DNA from: Anthoceros angustus
Taxonomy: Eukaryota; Plantae; Anthocerotophyta
Direction of reading: 5' to 3'
Assembly: GCA_010909165.1 (NCBI GenBank)
Contig: MU008177.1
Location: 186,001-250,000, forward strand
Length of the DNA: 64,000 nt
Part shown: in pieces, positions 1 through 11,760 of the stretch
How positions within the stretch are numbered: position 1 is the stretch's first letter
How the letters are laid out: each line of letters starts with the position of its first letter
Position numbers and translations under genes: made by a program
Notes under the pieces: model-generated
Seen by the model: only the letters and a program-made list of their open reading frames with translations
Databases searched by the model: none
What the model was told of the DNA's origin: nothing

Positions 1-980
1 CGCAGCAGACCTTCCTTCATGCACAATCGGAGCCGGCCAGTACCTGGTTCGACGGCCTTGAGTAATTGCTTCAGCTCAGCACGCGCAACTGGTGTTAACA
101 ACCTTCGCCAACGGCAGGAGCCTGCGAATCCAGCTGCCAAAGTCCCGAGGAAAGAGATGGAGAATAGCGCATTCCGGAACCGAGGGAGCGGTGGAGTATT
201 GTTGGAACCGCGTCATCACCCGGGATGGATGTGGGGGTCCTGGAATGAACAAACCCGCGTCCGAACATTCTAGAAACCCTGCTGCTGGGGAACATGCTCC
301 TCCACGTTCCGCTGCAGAACGTCGATCGTGGTTCTGCGAGCGTGAGGAGAAGAGGCGTATCCTTTGTACCAGGCCCTCATTTGGGAGGGCTGGCTGGTGT
401 GACTTTTTTAGGGCTTGGAAAAGTAGGGGGCAATCCAGTCTTATCCGAACTCTAATCGAGCCTAATCGTTAGATTCTCCTGGGTTGCAGGCAAAACATAG
501 GCGCCATAGCCAGTTCGTATTTCTGCTCACGCTCGCCAGCCACCGGAGCAAACACTCCCGAGGCCTGTGCCATTGTCGGGGATTCGGGAGGAAGGAATTA
601 AATGGAAATACATTTCACAGCAGCAAACGAAACGCCGAGCGTCCCTGGAGAACGTCCAGAGGACCCAGCTTGGATGGACGCATCATTCAGCACATTCATC
701 ACAGCAGCAAACGAAACGCTGAGCGGTCCCTGGGGAACGCTACGAGGTCCCAGCTTGGATGGATGCATCATCCAGCACATTCGAATTCATACATGCAATA
801 ATATTGCGTAGCCTTGACGTACGTAGACTGGTAGAGGCAGTCGTTGCGAGGGGCTGGTGAAGCTGAGTTGGTAGCAGCGACGATAGGGACTCTTGTCCCG
901 TTTGAGTTTGAATTCCGACCCTCCAGATCTCTGTATGTGCAAGGAAGGTGGAACTCCGATCGTCGGCTATAGTATCTTCC
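1..980 (+). repeat. Segmental duplication copy 1 (paralogous to 4991-5660, offset ~4990 bp; probably continues left of the window)
   Basis: Position 1 'cgcagcagaccttccttcatgcacaatcgg' recurs at 4991. Similarity continues with indels to 'ctccagatctct...tagtatcttcc' (~922-980 vs ~5602-5660). Confidence 0.9.
617..785 (+). repeat. ~83 bp tandem duplication (2 copies)
   Basis: 'cacagcagcaaacgaaacgc...cccagcttggatgga.gcatcat.cagcacatt' occurs at ~617 and ~700. Confidence 0.8.
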
Positions 981-1092
981 AGCCAAACGGTCAGAGGGTG
1001 AGGAATGTATCTGAATTCGAAGTTGACAAGAGAATTGCAAACCTTCAGCGGCTTCGAGTTCCCGCCGTTTCCAAAGTTCCAAGCTCTTGGCC

Positions 1093-1500
1093 ATGGAGGA
1101 GCGCGATGCTGGTGCTGGTGCTGGGGGTGGTGCTGGTGCGGGTGCTGGTATTGGTACTGGTGTTGGAGCTGGTGCCACTGCTGGTGCTGGTGCTGGTGCC
1201 AGTGCTGGTTCTACCACCACCTTCGACGATCTTTGTGATGACGTCCTGGAAATCATTCTGGAGCAGCTTTCTGCGGCACAGCTTCGGCGAGCTCGGACCG
1301 TAAGCAGGAGGTTCGATCGAGTAGTGTCTATCGTGAGGCGACGTGTGGTGGCACCGCTGCCAGCGCCGGGCCAGCTCTCCCAACTCGACCACTTTGATGA
1401 CAACGTCCTGAGAAACATTCTGGAGCGAGCGCTGCCTTCCCCGGCAGAGCGTGCGCGAGCTCGGACCGTGTCCGAAAGGTGGAACCGACTACTGTCCTGA
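1093..1500 (+). CDS. Small protein (135 aa) with a Gly/Ala-rich N-terminus and two tandem F-box-like motifs
   Basis: ATG at 1093 in a good context (gccATGG). Motifs FDDLCDDVLEIILEQLSAAQLRRARTVSRRFDRVV and LDHFDDNVLRNILERALPSPAERARARTVSERWNRLL both fit the F-box pattern L-P-x-D/E-V/I-L-x-x-I-L...V-S/C-R-R-W/F. Confidence 0.6.
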   Translation: MEERDAGAGAGGGAGAGAGIGTGVGAGATAGAGAGASAGSTTTFDDLCDDVLEIILEQLSAAQLRRARTVSRRFDRVVSIVRRRVVAPLPAPGQLSQLDHFDDNVLRNILERALPSPAERARARTVSERWNRLLS

Positions 1501-1597
1501 CGTACAGGCTCCTACAGAATTGTCCCGGGGATCCAACCCGATGGCGAGGTGTTGACAAGACGGTGCCTAGCCAATGCTCGTGAGGCTGTAGATGCAT

Positions 1598-1925
1598 CCC
1601 GTCGGATCTAGATCTGTAGTCCTACACATTGTTAGGGCATATTATGGCTTCGTCGTGCTCGGCAGGGCACGAAGTCCCATGACCATGCGACTCCATCATC
1701 TTCAAGCTTCTGGATCACATTCACGTCCAAGACAACATCGGACAGGCAAATCTATTCTACTCCCGTCGGATCTAGATCTGTAGTCCTACACATTGTTAGG
1801 GCATATTATGGCTTCGTCGTGCTTGGCAGGGCACGAAGTCCCATGACTATGCGACTCCATCATCTTCAAGCTTATGGATCACATTCACGTCCCAAGACAA
1901 CATTGGACAGGCAAATCTATTCTAC
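1598..1925 (+). repeat. ~164 bp tandem duplication (2 copies)
   Basis: 'cccgtcggatctagatctgtagtcctacacattg...ggacaggcaaatctattctac' at ~1598 and ~1762. Confidence 0.9.
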
Positions 1926-2035
1926 CTGCTCTTCTCGTGTCGTGTGCCAAGCTGGTGAGGCTCCACAAGCCCTAGCTTGTTGGCCAACAACATACCGCAC
2001 AAACTCCAATCGGGATGGCTTGTTTTTTCTTGACT

Positions 2036-2183
2036 AATGGGGGTAGCTTGTATCTATCCATACAAGCATAGGAGTGGCTTGGTGAGATGTGGTGAAGACT
2101 CGTGTTTGTATTTCTTCACCAATGGGGGTAGCTTGTATCTATCCATACAAGCATAGGAGTGGCTTGCTGAGATGTGGTGAAGA
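2036..2183 (+). repeat. ~86 bp-period tandem duplication
   Basis: 'aatgggggtagcttgtatctatccatacaagcataggagtggcttg' at ~2036 and ~2122. Confidence 0.85.
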
Positions 2184-2374
2184 TGTGTTTGTACTTACTG
2201 CAATTATAATTACTTATTATGTATTATTATTTAAATTATTATTAGGTATTAGATATTTAATATTCTTCTTATAAACTTATTATTGGGCAAAGTAATATAA
2301 ACTAAATCATTATGTAAATTAATTTAAAGTAAATCATTATATAAAGTAATTTAAAGTAATTTAGAATGGAAAAA

Positions 2375-2620
2375 TAATTTGCAGGATGGGTGTGTATAGT
2401 GTAGAGAAGAAATGTTGTTTCTACTTACTGAAATCATGATTATTGTGAGATGATAACTTTAAATTTTTATTGGGTATTAGGTTCCTAATATTTTGCCCAT
2501 GTTGGACTATAGGTGTGTAAGGATTATCATTAGGTGAGGAAAGTATGGGCAAGTTATTTGCATGATGGGTGTGCAAAGTGTAGGATGGGCATGAGGTTTG
2601 TTGAGGGCTTGAGGAAAAAA
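2375..2620 (+). repeat. Dispersed non-coding repeat, related to 42820-43050
   Basis: 'atttgcatgatgggtgtg.a.agtgtaggatgggcatgaggtttgttgaggg.ttgagg.aaaa' and the upstream 'ttattgggta..aggt.cctaatatttt.cccatg' are shared with 42900-43050. Confidence 0.75.
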
Positions 2621-2964
2621 AGCGCCTTTTGGCACCTTTTGGCACCTTCTGGCATCTTCATGCTCAAAAGCTTTCTTCTAAGAAAGAAAGAGGCGATTCT
2701 CAAAAGTGCCACACAATGATGACCACACGTATTTAGTAATTTCTTTTTGGCAGACACCAAGCAACTGCCAAAGACAACATGCTGGCAGTCTTTCGCGCTT
2801 CTCCAAAGCCTGAATAGCTGAATCCTTATCCCCGATGAATTTGCAATTCGGGTTGGCGTCTTGATGAAGAGCATCAGTTGCAAGTGATCAATTTGCCACT
2901 ATCACTTTGAATGCTCAACGACTTAATTTGAAGTGATTTCAAGTGATGAGTTTGCTACTATTAC

Positions 2965-3100
2965 TGCTAATGAGTTTGCCATTGTCACTGTTACTAGAAT
3001 GAGTTTGCCATTGTCACTGTTACTAGTAATGAGTTTGTCATTGTCACTGTTACTAGTAATGAGTTTGCCATTGTCATTGGTAATGAGTTTGCCACCATTA
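2965..3100 (+). repeat. ~30 bp minisatellite (aatgagtttgccattgtcactgttactagt)
   Basis: 4-5 near-identical units are visible. Confidence 0.85.
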
Positions 3101-4315
3101 CTGTCACATATTCACATGCCCGGCCCTTAGGGTTTAGGGCTTTTTTTGTTAGATCTGCGGCACAGCAATGTGTATTTTGGTGTTCTTACATGTTTAATGT
3201 AATCAAATTATCAAAGACTACATGGAGAATGTGAAACCCAATGAGTATCAAAATGATATGAGTACCTTTCTAGAACAAGGATTGAGTTATATGCTAAAAT
3301 TAAAACTATTTATTCGCAAAAAAAATTATTATCTGAAATTTATCATTGTGCATATTAGATTATATGATGATAAACATTTTATAATGCTGATGTCAAACTT
3401 AAATGATATTTATTACCATAGTTTATTGTGGTGATGTCAAGTTCAAATGATATTTATTAAAATCGAAGATTCCAAATAAGAAAACCTCTTGCTAAATTAA
3501 TGATCATTATTAAAAATTGTAGAAGGTTCCAAATAATTTCCACTAAGAAAATCTCTAAGACTTGCTGCATTACGAAACATAGTCATTGATGTTATCTAGG
3601 ACGTTAATGTGATATCCTGCTAAATTGTATGAGCAAGTGTCTTTCTGTTCTGATAAATGTAGAAGACATAAGTTAATCATAAGCCAATACTATCAAATGA
3701 ATATGTTTCTAGTAGTTCTTAAAGACAAAGATAATATTTTTTTCATGCAATATGAAAGTAAACAAAATCTATTGAAAAAATGTGTGTGCCATAACTTTGA
3801 ATTATACACATTGACTACATGAGTATTCTTACAAAACACTAGTAATCAGCATGTATAAAGAGAATGTTTGGATGTTGAGATTGTAGATAGTTAATCATTC
3901 GCATCATTTGTTGGACATGGGCTTCTAATGCTGTGCTTAAAACGTTTACTAGTTAAGTCTCATGTTTTAATCCAATAGCTAGACAAAATGTTTGTATTAC
4001 TTACATTTTCAATAATATAAACTACAATAAGTTGAATCTCTAGGATGACATAATGCAGGAGCAATGTTGTCGGGTCGTAAGTAGACGTGTTGAGAAACAT
4101 GTATGATGCAAGATAATTGTTACCCCTAATTTCAAATATATATAGTGCTTCTTTCAGATCTTTCTCTTTTGACAAGTGTTGTTTGTTCACGACATCTGCA
4201 TGTAAAAATTAAAATTAAAACTCTAAAATATAATTGAGTAATTTTAATATCCATCAATAAATCTCCGAACATAAACGTTACTGGATAGCATATGCTTACT
4301 TGCGAATTTAAAATT

Positions 4316-5130
4316 TCAAGGTTTCGAAGCCAGAACACAAATGTGTGCGCTGGCACCTAGTATCCATATACTGACAACTAAGATTATCTTAGACATTCGA
4401 ACACGGTTCAAATGCTTCTTCATCGGGTCCAGAATCTTGAAAACCGGGATGCTAACTAGGCCAGTTATTTTACCATGGTGAAAATTTCGGACGCTCCGAA
4501 TCAACATAAACGCGACGCTCAATGCTAGGATAAACGCGAAAATCTGCACGGGCGTGATCAGCAAACATTACAGATTAGGTAACCCTTGAGAGGCTCAGCT
4601 CGGCGGCAGAAACACTGACCAGCTCAAAACTCCTGGTGCAATGCACATGGCCATGATCAGCATTCCTGGTAACAGATAGAACGCTTACCGGCACGGCCCA
4701 GAATGGCACGGTGCTCGTCTGTAGTGGAAAGGAAACAGCGTAGGTCATAAGCGTGTTGATATATCGATGACAAGGCTCGATAAAATACGGCATGATGCCG
4801 AGGAGTGTGAGGACCAAGAAGATGATCCCGGCAAGCAAGTGAATCCCGAGCACATAATGAGACGAGTCTTTCCGCAGCCTCCCGGGCACATCACCCTTGA
4901 AATTGGACATGGTTACTGCCTGATACCAATCAGCAGCAGCGACAGGCAAAAATACAAAGCCAAGCAATGACGATTCGAACTCCGGGTCCTCGCAGCAGAC
5001 CTTCCTTCATGCACAATCGGAGCCGGCAAGTAGCTGGTTCGACAGCCTTGAGTAATTGCTTCAGCTCAGCACGCGCAACCGGTGTTAACAACCTTCGCCA
5101 ACGGCAGGAGCCTGCGAATCCAGCTGCCAA
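4316..5130 (-). pseudogene. Fragmented multi-pass membrane protein gene (DUF2306-like, tentative)
   Basis: Hydrophobic ORF pieces LGIHLLAGIIFLVLTLLGIMPYF and IFAFILALSVAFMLIRSVRNF...KHLNRV. A shifted frame gives EHRAILGRA, continuing as GMLIMAMCIAPG if a 23 nt GT-AG segment is removed. The frames are broken. Confidence 0.35.
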
Positions 5131-5660
5131 AGTCCCGAGGAAAGAGATGGAGAATAGAGCATTCCGGGGCCGAGGGAGCGGTGGAGCATTTTTGGAACCG
5201 CGTCATCACCTGGGATGGACGTCAGGGTCCTGGAATGAACGAACCCGCGTCCGAACATTCTAGAAACTCGGCTGCAGGGCTGCTGAGGAACATGGTCCTC
5301 CACGCTCCGCTGCAGAACGTCGATCGTGGTTCTGAGAGCGTGAGGAGAAGTGGAGGGGCGCATGGGCGCACCAGATCGGGCTGGCTGGCGTGGAGTGTTT
5401 TTTAGGGCTTGGAATTTTAAGCAGGGGATGCCCGCATTATCCAGCACATTCATCTCATGTACAGCAACAAACGAAACGCTGAGCGTTCCCAGGTGGGTCC
5501 TCTCTCATTCTGAGGACCTAGCTTGGATGGATGCATCATCCAGCACATTCGAATTCATACATGCATTAATATTGGGTACCCTTGACGTAGAGTAGCAGAC
5601 CTCCAGATCTCTTTATGTACAAGGAAGTTGGAACTCCGATCGTCTACCATAGTATCTTCC
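4991..5660 (+). repeat. Segmental duplication copy 2, truncated by the satellite array
   Basis: Matches 1-980. Similarity ends at 'tagtatcttcc', where the satellite begins. Confidence 0.9.
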
Positions 5661-8600
5661 GCCAATGGCTCCCCGCCACCCCTCCCGCCTCCTTCCCGCC
5701 ACCCTCCCCCACCAAAACTCTCCTCCATCCCTTCCCAATGGCACCTAACGCCTAACAATGGCTGGCCATACAATGGCGTAATGCCCGACAATGGTGCCCG
5801 ACAATGGCTGGCCATACAATGGCGCCAACGCACAAAGGTTGGCCCAACAATCGCTAGCTTAGCTCGCCAATGGCTCTACCGCCACCTCCTCGCCTCCTCC
5901 CCGCCACCTCCCCCACCAAAACGCTCCATCCCTTCCCAATGGCGCCTAACGCCTGACAATGGCCATACAATGGCCCGACAATGGCTGGCCGACAATCACC
6001 GCCCAAGAATCGTGGCCAACCTACCAATGGCTCCTCGCCACCCCTCCCTGCCTCCTCCCCGCCCTTTGCCACCCTCCCGCCTCCTCCCCGCCACCCCTTG
6101 CCCCCACCAAAACTCTCCTCCATCCCCTTCCCAATGGCTAGCCAAAAAGGCTACAATGGCGCCAATGCCCGACAATGGCTGGTCCGACAATCGCCGGCTG
6201 CCAATGGCTCCCGCCAGCCACCCCTTCCGCCTCGCCGCCTCCCGCCACGCTCCCCAACAAACACTCTCCTCCATCCCCTTCCCAATGGCGCCAACAATGG
6301 TTGGCCACAATGGCGCCCGATGATAATGGCCATGGCGCCTAACGCCCGACAATTGCTGGTCCGACAATTTGCTTGCCATGGCTCACGCCACCCTCCCGCC
6401 TCCTCCCGTCTCCTCCCGCCTCCTCCCCGCCACCCTCCCCCACCAAAACTCTCCTCCATCCCCTTCCCAATGGCACCTAACGCTGACAATGGCTGGCCAT
6501 TGTCAGCCAATGCCCGGCAATGTGGCTCGACAATGGCTGGCCCGACAACTGGCCCGGTGGGCAGCCCGGCGATGGGCGGCCCGGCTGCTGGCCCGACAAT
6601 GGCGACAATGGCGGCAATGGTCCGACAATGGCTGGCCCGACAATGGTGGCCGACAATGGCTACAATGGCGAATGCCCAATGGCGCCCGACAAAGGCTGGC
6701 CCAACAATCGCTAGCTAGCCAATGGATCCCACGCCACCCTCCCCCACCAAAACTCTCCGTCCATCCCCTTCTCAATGATGTGAAATGGCTAGCCATACAA
6801 TGGCCCCATGCCCGACAATGGCGCCCGACAATCGGTAAGCACAATGGCTCCCTGCCACCCCTCCGTCTCCTCACGCCACACCTCCCCCACCAAAACTCTC
6901 CTCCATCCTTCCCAATGGCGCCCCCAACCTTCCATACAATGGCGTAATGCCCACAATGGCTGGCGACAATGTTGGCCAGCACGCGCAATGGCCCGCCGCC
7001 ACCCCTCCCGCCTCCTCCGCCCGCCACCCTCCCCCACAAAACTCTCCTCCATCCCCTTCACAATGGCGCCCAATGTCCGAATGGTGGCCATACAATGGCG
7101 CGCAACGCCGACAATGGTGGCCGACAATTGAGACGCCTATGGCTCCCTGCCACCCCTCCCGCCTCCTCCTCGCCTCGCCACCCTCCCCACCTCCTCCCTG
7201 CCACCCTCCCCCACCAAAACTCTCCCTCCATCCCCTTCTCAATGGCGCCAATGGCCCGACAATGGCTAGCCATACAATGGCGCCAATGACAATGGGCGGC
7301 CCGATGCTGGCGGCCCGACAATGGTGGCTCGACAATGGGCGGCCCGACAATGGCTGGCCCGACAATGGCGGCAATGGCGGCCGACAATGGCTGACAATGG
7401 TGGCCCAACAATGGCTGCCATACAATGACAACGCCCGACAAAGGCTGGCCCAACAATCGTGGCTAGCACGCCAATGGATCCCCGCCACCCCTCCCCACCA
7501 AAACTCTCGTCCATCCCCTTCTCAATGTAGACAATGGCTAGCCATACAATGGCCCCATGCCCGAACAATGGCTGGCCCGACAATCGCTAGCTCGCCAATG
7601 GCTCCCGTGCCACCCCTCCCGTCTCCTCCCCGCCCGCCACCCCACCAAAACTCTCCCTCCATCCCCTTCCCAATGGCGCCCCAACATGGCCATACAATGG
7701 CGTAATGCGACAATGGCTGGCGACAATGTTGGCCAACGCTCCCCGCACCGCCACCCCTCCCGCCTCCTCCCGCCCGCCACCCTCCCCCACAAAACTCTCC
7801 TCCATCCCCTTCACAATGGCGCCCAATGTCCGAATGGTGGCCATACAATGGCGCGCAACGCCGACAATGGTGGCCGACAATTGAGACGCCTATGGCTCCC
7901 TGCCACCCCTCCGTCTCCTCACCGCCACACCTCCCCCACCAAAACTCTCCCTCCATCCCCTTCCCAATGGCGCCCATAACACCTGGCTGGCCATACAATG
8001 GCGCCCAATGCGGCACAATGGCTGGCGACACCGGCCACACAATGGCTCCCGCCACCCCTCCCGCCTCCTCCGCTGCCACCCTCCCCCACAAAACTCCTCC
8101 ATCCCCTTCACAATGGCGCCCAATGTCCGAGAATGGCGGCCATACAATGGCGCAACGCCGACAATGGCCCGACAATCGGCCAGCCTATGGCTCCACTTTG
8201 CCACCCTCCCGCCTCCTCCTCGCCTCGCCACCCTCCCCCACCTCCTCCCTGCCACCCTCCCCCACCAAAACTCTCCCTCCATCCCCTTCTCAATGGCGCC
8301 AATGGCTCCCTGTGCTAGCCATACAATGGCGCCAATGACAATGGGCGGCCCGATGCTGGCGGCCCGGCGGTGGTCTGACGGGCGCGGCGACAATGGCTGG
8401 CCCGACAATGGCGGCAATGGCGGCCGACAATGGCTGACAATGGTGGCCCAACAATGGCTGCCATACAATGACAACGCCCGACAAAGGCTGGCCCAACAAT
8501 CGTGGCTAGCACGCCAATGGATCCCCGCCACCCCTCCCCCACCAAAACTCTCGTCCATCCCCTTCTCAATGGCTAGCCAATGGCTAGCCATACAATGGCC

Positions 8601-9310
8601 CCATGCCCGAACAATGGCTGGCCCGACAATCGCTAAGCTCGCTTAATGGCTCCCGTGCCACCCCTCCCGTCTCCTCCCCGCCCGCCACCCCACCAAAACT
8701 CTCCCTCCATCCCCTTCCCAATGGCGCCCCAACATGGCCATACAATGGCGTAATGCGACAATGGCTGGCGACAATGTTGGCCAACGCTCCCGCACCGCCA
8801 CCCCTCCCGCCTCCTCCCGCCCGCCACCCTCCCCCACAAAACTCTCCTCCATCCCCTTCACAATGGCGCCCAATGTCCGAGAATGGACAATGGCGCGCAA
8901 CGCTCGACAATTGCTGGCCCGACAATCGGCGCCTGCCTATGGCTCACTTTGCCACCCCTCCGCCTCCTCCTCGCCACCCTCCCCCACCTCCTCCGCCGCC
9001 ACCCTCCCCCACCAAAACTCTCCCTCCATCCCCTTCTCAGGCCAGCACCGACAATGGCTAGCCATACAATGGCGCCAATGCCCGGCAATGGCGGCCCGAC
9101 AATTGTTGGCCCAACAATCATTGGACCGCCAATGGCTCCTCGCCGCCACCCCTCCCGCCTCCTCCCGCCCGCCACCTCCCCCACCAAAACTCTCCTCCAT
9201 CCCCTTCACAATGGCGCCTAACGCCCACAATGGTGGCCGACAATGGTGGCTCGACAATGGCCGACAATCACGACCCTGCCAATGGCTCACCGCCACCCCT
9301 CCCCCAAAAA
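5661..9310 (+). repeat. C-rich complex satellite array A (monomer ~150-300 bp built from ACAATGGC-type subunits)
   Basis: The marker 'caccaaaactctcctccatccccttcccaatggc' recurs about 20 times, with 'ccgacaatggctggcc', 'ccatacaatggcgcc' and C-rich tracts between markers. Confidence 0.92.
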
Positions 9311-9662
9311 CCTAAGATATCCTGTGGCATGAGCATATGCGAAATATCCCCTAGAATACACTATAATATGCAAGGAATATGCCCAAGCATATTACTTGAG
9401 CTTATCCACTTAGCTATTGTATCCTAAGAATACACTATAATATGCAAGGAATATGCCAAAGCATATTACTTGAGCTTATCCACTTAGCTATTGCTAACCA
9501 TATTTAATTAATACTAATCAATGCTTAATTAACACTAATCAATGCTTAATTAACATAAGCAGCTTAGATTAATTAACACTAATTATTTACTTAAAGATAA
9601 GTAATTAGATTAATTAATGCTAATCAAACACTAAACCCAAGTGCAGAGATTAGTATATCACA
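9311..9662 (-). mobile_element. Partial LTR (element-5'/U3 portion) of the same family as 36694-37254; probable 3' LTR of the Gypsy element
   Basis: Aligns with 36999-37254 ('cctaagatatcc...ttagta..tcaca'). It has a ~74 bp internal tandem duplication (9350-9495) absent from the other copy. Confidence 0.8.
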
Positions 9663-9825
9663 GATGAAGCGCACGAGGTAAGCACTTGAATTCATATAAG
9701 CACTTCCTCGACCAACAACCAAGCAAACAAATCTAATACGCGGTATATAGGTGCAAACCAATCCCCCGATAATGTGAGACTCCAAGTCAAAACATTATCA
9801 TTAGTAGGACTACATACGACGCACC

Positions 9826-9969
9826 TCATGTAGTGCATTGTGCACAAAACCAATCTTCCTGAATGTCGTCAAGAGGTGGTTGAACACAAAACATGTGGTA
9901 TCCCCTATTGCACCGATCACAAAGAAGCATTACATCATCATCAAGACGTCCACAAAACCGACACTCCAA
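9826..9969 (-). pseudogene. PHD finger at the integrase C-terminus
   Basis: ECRFCGRLDDDVMLLCDRCNRGYHMFCVQPPLDDIQEDWFCAQC is a canonical C4HC3 PHD with the conserved W before the last CxxC. Confidence 0.92.
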
Positions 9970-10082
9970 GTCTTTGGGTGGACGCCACATTGTAGGCCGA
10001 GTTGAGGGTCCAAATTGGGTAAGTGGCATGGTGCGCGATTCTTGAGGTGATCCTTCCATCTTCGCCATCGGATCCTTCGAGC

Positions 10083-11080
10083 TCAAGCACTCCATCTTTG
10101 CCTACTCGCACGACCCGCAAGATGACTCGGTGGATACCTCCAAGGTGTTGCCCGCTTCCGGCGTGTAGACATAATCTCCAACTTCGAACTTGCGCACCTT
10201 GGGTTTCCATGTCCCTCCTCGTGTGTAAGCATAGCGCAGCTTGATCCTGTTGCGCTATGGCAAGGTTCTCCATTGCCATGGGCATGATCCGTTTGAAAAG
10301 CTCGCCCGCCTTTCCGTGTCTCGTAGGCAATCATCCGCATTGCGCCAATCCACCGGGTGCTTGTAGCCTTGCTTGCCTCACGTTTGGCAAAATGGTTGTC
10401 GCCCATACAACAAGTAGTATGGTGAAAAATTGCTCAAGGTCGCTTGATTGCTCACCTGCCCCTAGCACTAGGTATGGCATCCCTTCATCCCATGTCTTGG
10501 TCATTTGTGAGACAATACGCAAGGCCCGCTTGAAGGTCCGCACCAAGCTCAGAAGTCCATCGGCTTGAGGATGATCTCTCGACGACGTCGATGATCAATC
10601 AAGCTCTGTCAAGCAAGTCTTGAAATTCCCCACGAATTCTTTGCCCTCGTCTGAGAACCTCGCACATGCTCCATATCGACTAAGAACGGAAGCCAAGAAC
10701 GCCTTATTGGTAAGCCGAGAGTCACGCTTGGGTAAGATGGCAACCTCGCACCACTTGCTGAAATGCTCCACCATTAGCATGACATGCTTGTTTCCAGTAC
10801 GCGTCTCTGGCATGTCTGGCATGAGATCCACACTCCACCTGTAGAAGAGTCCTCGGATCGGCAGAGAGTGAAGCACAACATCATTGGCTGTGAACCTTGC
10901 CTTCACTCGATCGCACACTCTACATTCTGCGACCAGCCTTTCCACATCTCCATACATCCTTGCCCAGAAGTGTGTGGCTCGAGCATGTCAGAGGTGCGCT
11001 TAGCACCAAAATGCCCTAAGCCTTCATGCACTGGTGATGAGTCTCACCCGGTCCTCCGGCTTGGGTACAATTCTATCTCA
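10083..11080 (-). pseudogene. Gypsy DDE integrase (zinc-binding plus rve core), frameshifted
   Basis: MYGDVERLVAECRVCDRVK; LPIRGLFYRWSVDLM; GNKHVMLMVEHFSKWCE; VLSRYGAC..SDEGKEF; VRTFKRAL..WDEGMPYL. Confidence 0.9.
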
Positions 11081-11409
11081 GTAATCACGGACATACATTA
11101 TGTCCTCCTTCCAATAGTACCGAGCCACCTTCTCGCGTAGCTTGGCCTCGCTCGAGATGAAAGCCCTTGTGGCAATTCCCGACCTTAGGAAGGTCACCGC
11201 TATTGCATCCGCCTGCATGTCCCCGACGGACTCGAGACACAAAGCGATGAGTGGAGGGTTCAAAGATCCTCATGCAGATGGCCAACATGGTATCTGGACT
11301 ACTCTCCCCCGGTTGCTCGTCATCCGAATCTTGCCTGCCCCCGTAGTGTCTTCGTTACGAGGTAGAGGATTCCTTGACAACCCATCGATTAGAGTGAACT
11401 CTACGCTCG

Positions 11410-11760
11410 GTGTTCGATGACAAAGTCATACTCCTGGAGAATGAGAGCCCACCTCGCCAGCTTTCCTGTAAGCTTGGCGTTCGTCATCAACCAGTGCAAG
11501 GGTTGATGGTCGGTGATTAGTCGAAATTGATGTCCAAACAAGTACGGACGAAAGTGTCCGCCCACATCGCAAGACATTCTCCTTCATAGGCGTAGTAGTT
11601 GGACTCACCGGTTGTTGCTCCGATGGCATAGGCAATGACATGTTCCTCTTCCTTGTCATTGATCTGCGCCAAGATCCCCTATGCCGTACTTGCTCCAATC
11701 GATGTAAAGTACGAACACCATCAAGTTTGATGACCAAGAATTGGCGAGCTCATGAGTCTA
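11410..11760 (-). pseudogene. Gypsy RNase H, frameshifted
   Basis: Shifted frames give DWSKYGIG, EEEHVIAYA, NYYAYEGECLA and KLTGKLARWALILQEYDF. Confidence 0.8.

Noticed and set aside
3127-3139. ttagggtttaggg as an interstitial telomere
   Set aside because: Under two repeat units, which is too short.
3150-4310. AT-rich stretch with short ORFs as a possible Helitron or MULE remnant
   Set aside because: No termini or transposase motifs are recognisable.
5661-9310. CRISPR-like appearance (a conserved ~35 bp marker with variable intervals)
   Set aside because: The intervals are themselves repetitive and of unequal length, there are no cas genes, and the context is eukaryotic.
5628-9315. Dozens of long overlapping ORFs (Pro/Trp/Gln-rich) in all six frames, also at 38032-39900
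   Set aside because: They are by-products of a GC-rich, stop-poor satellite, with no consistent frame between monomers.
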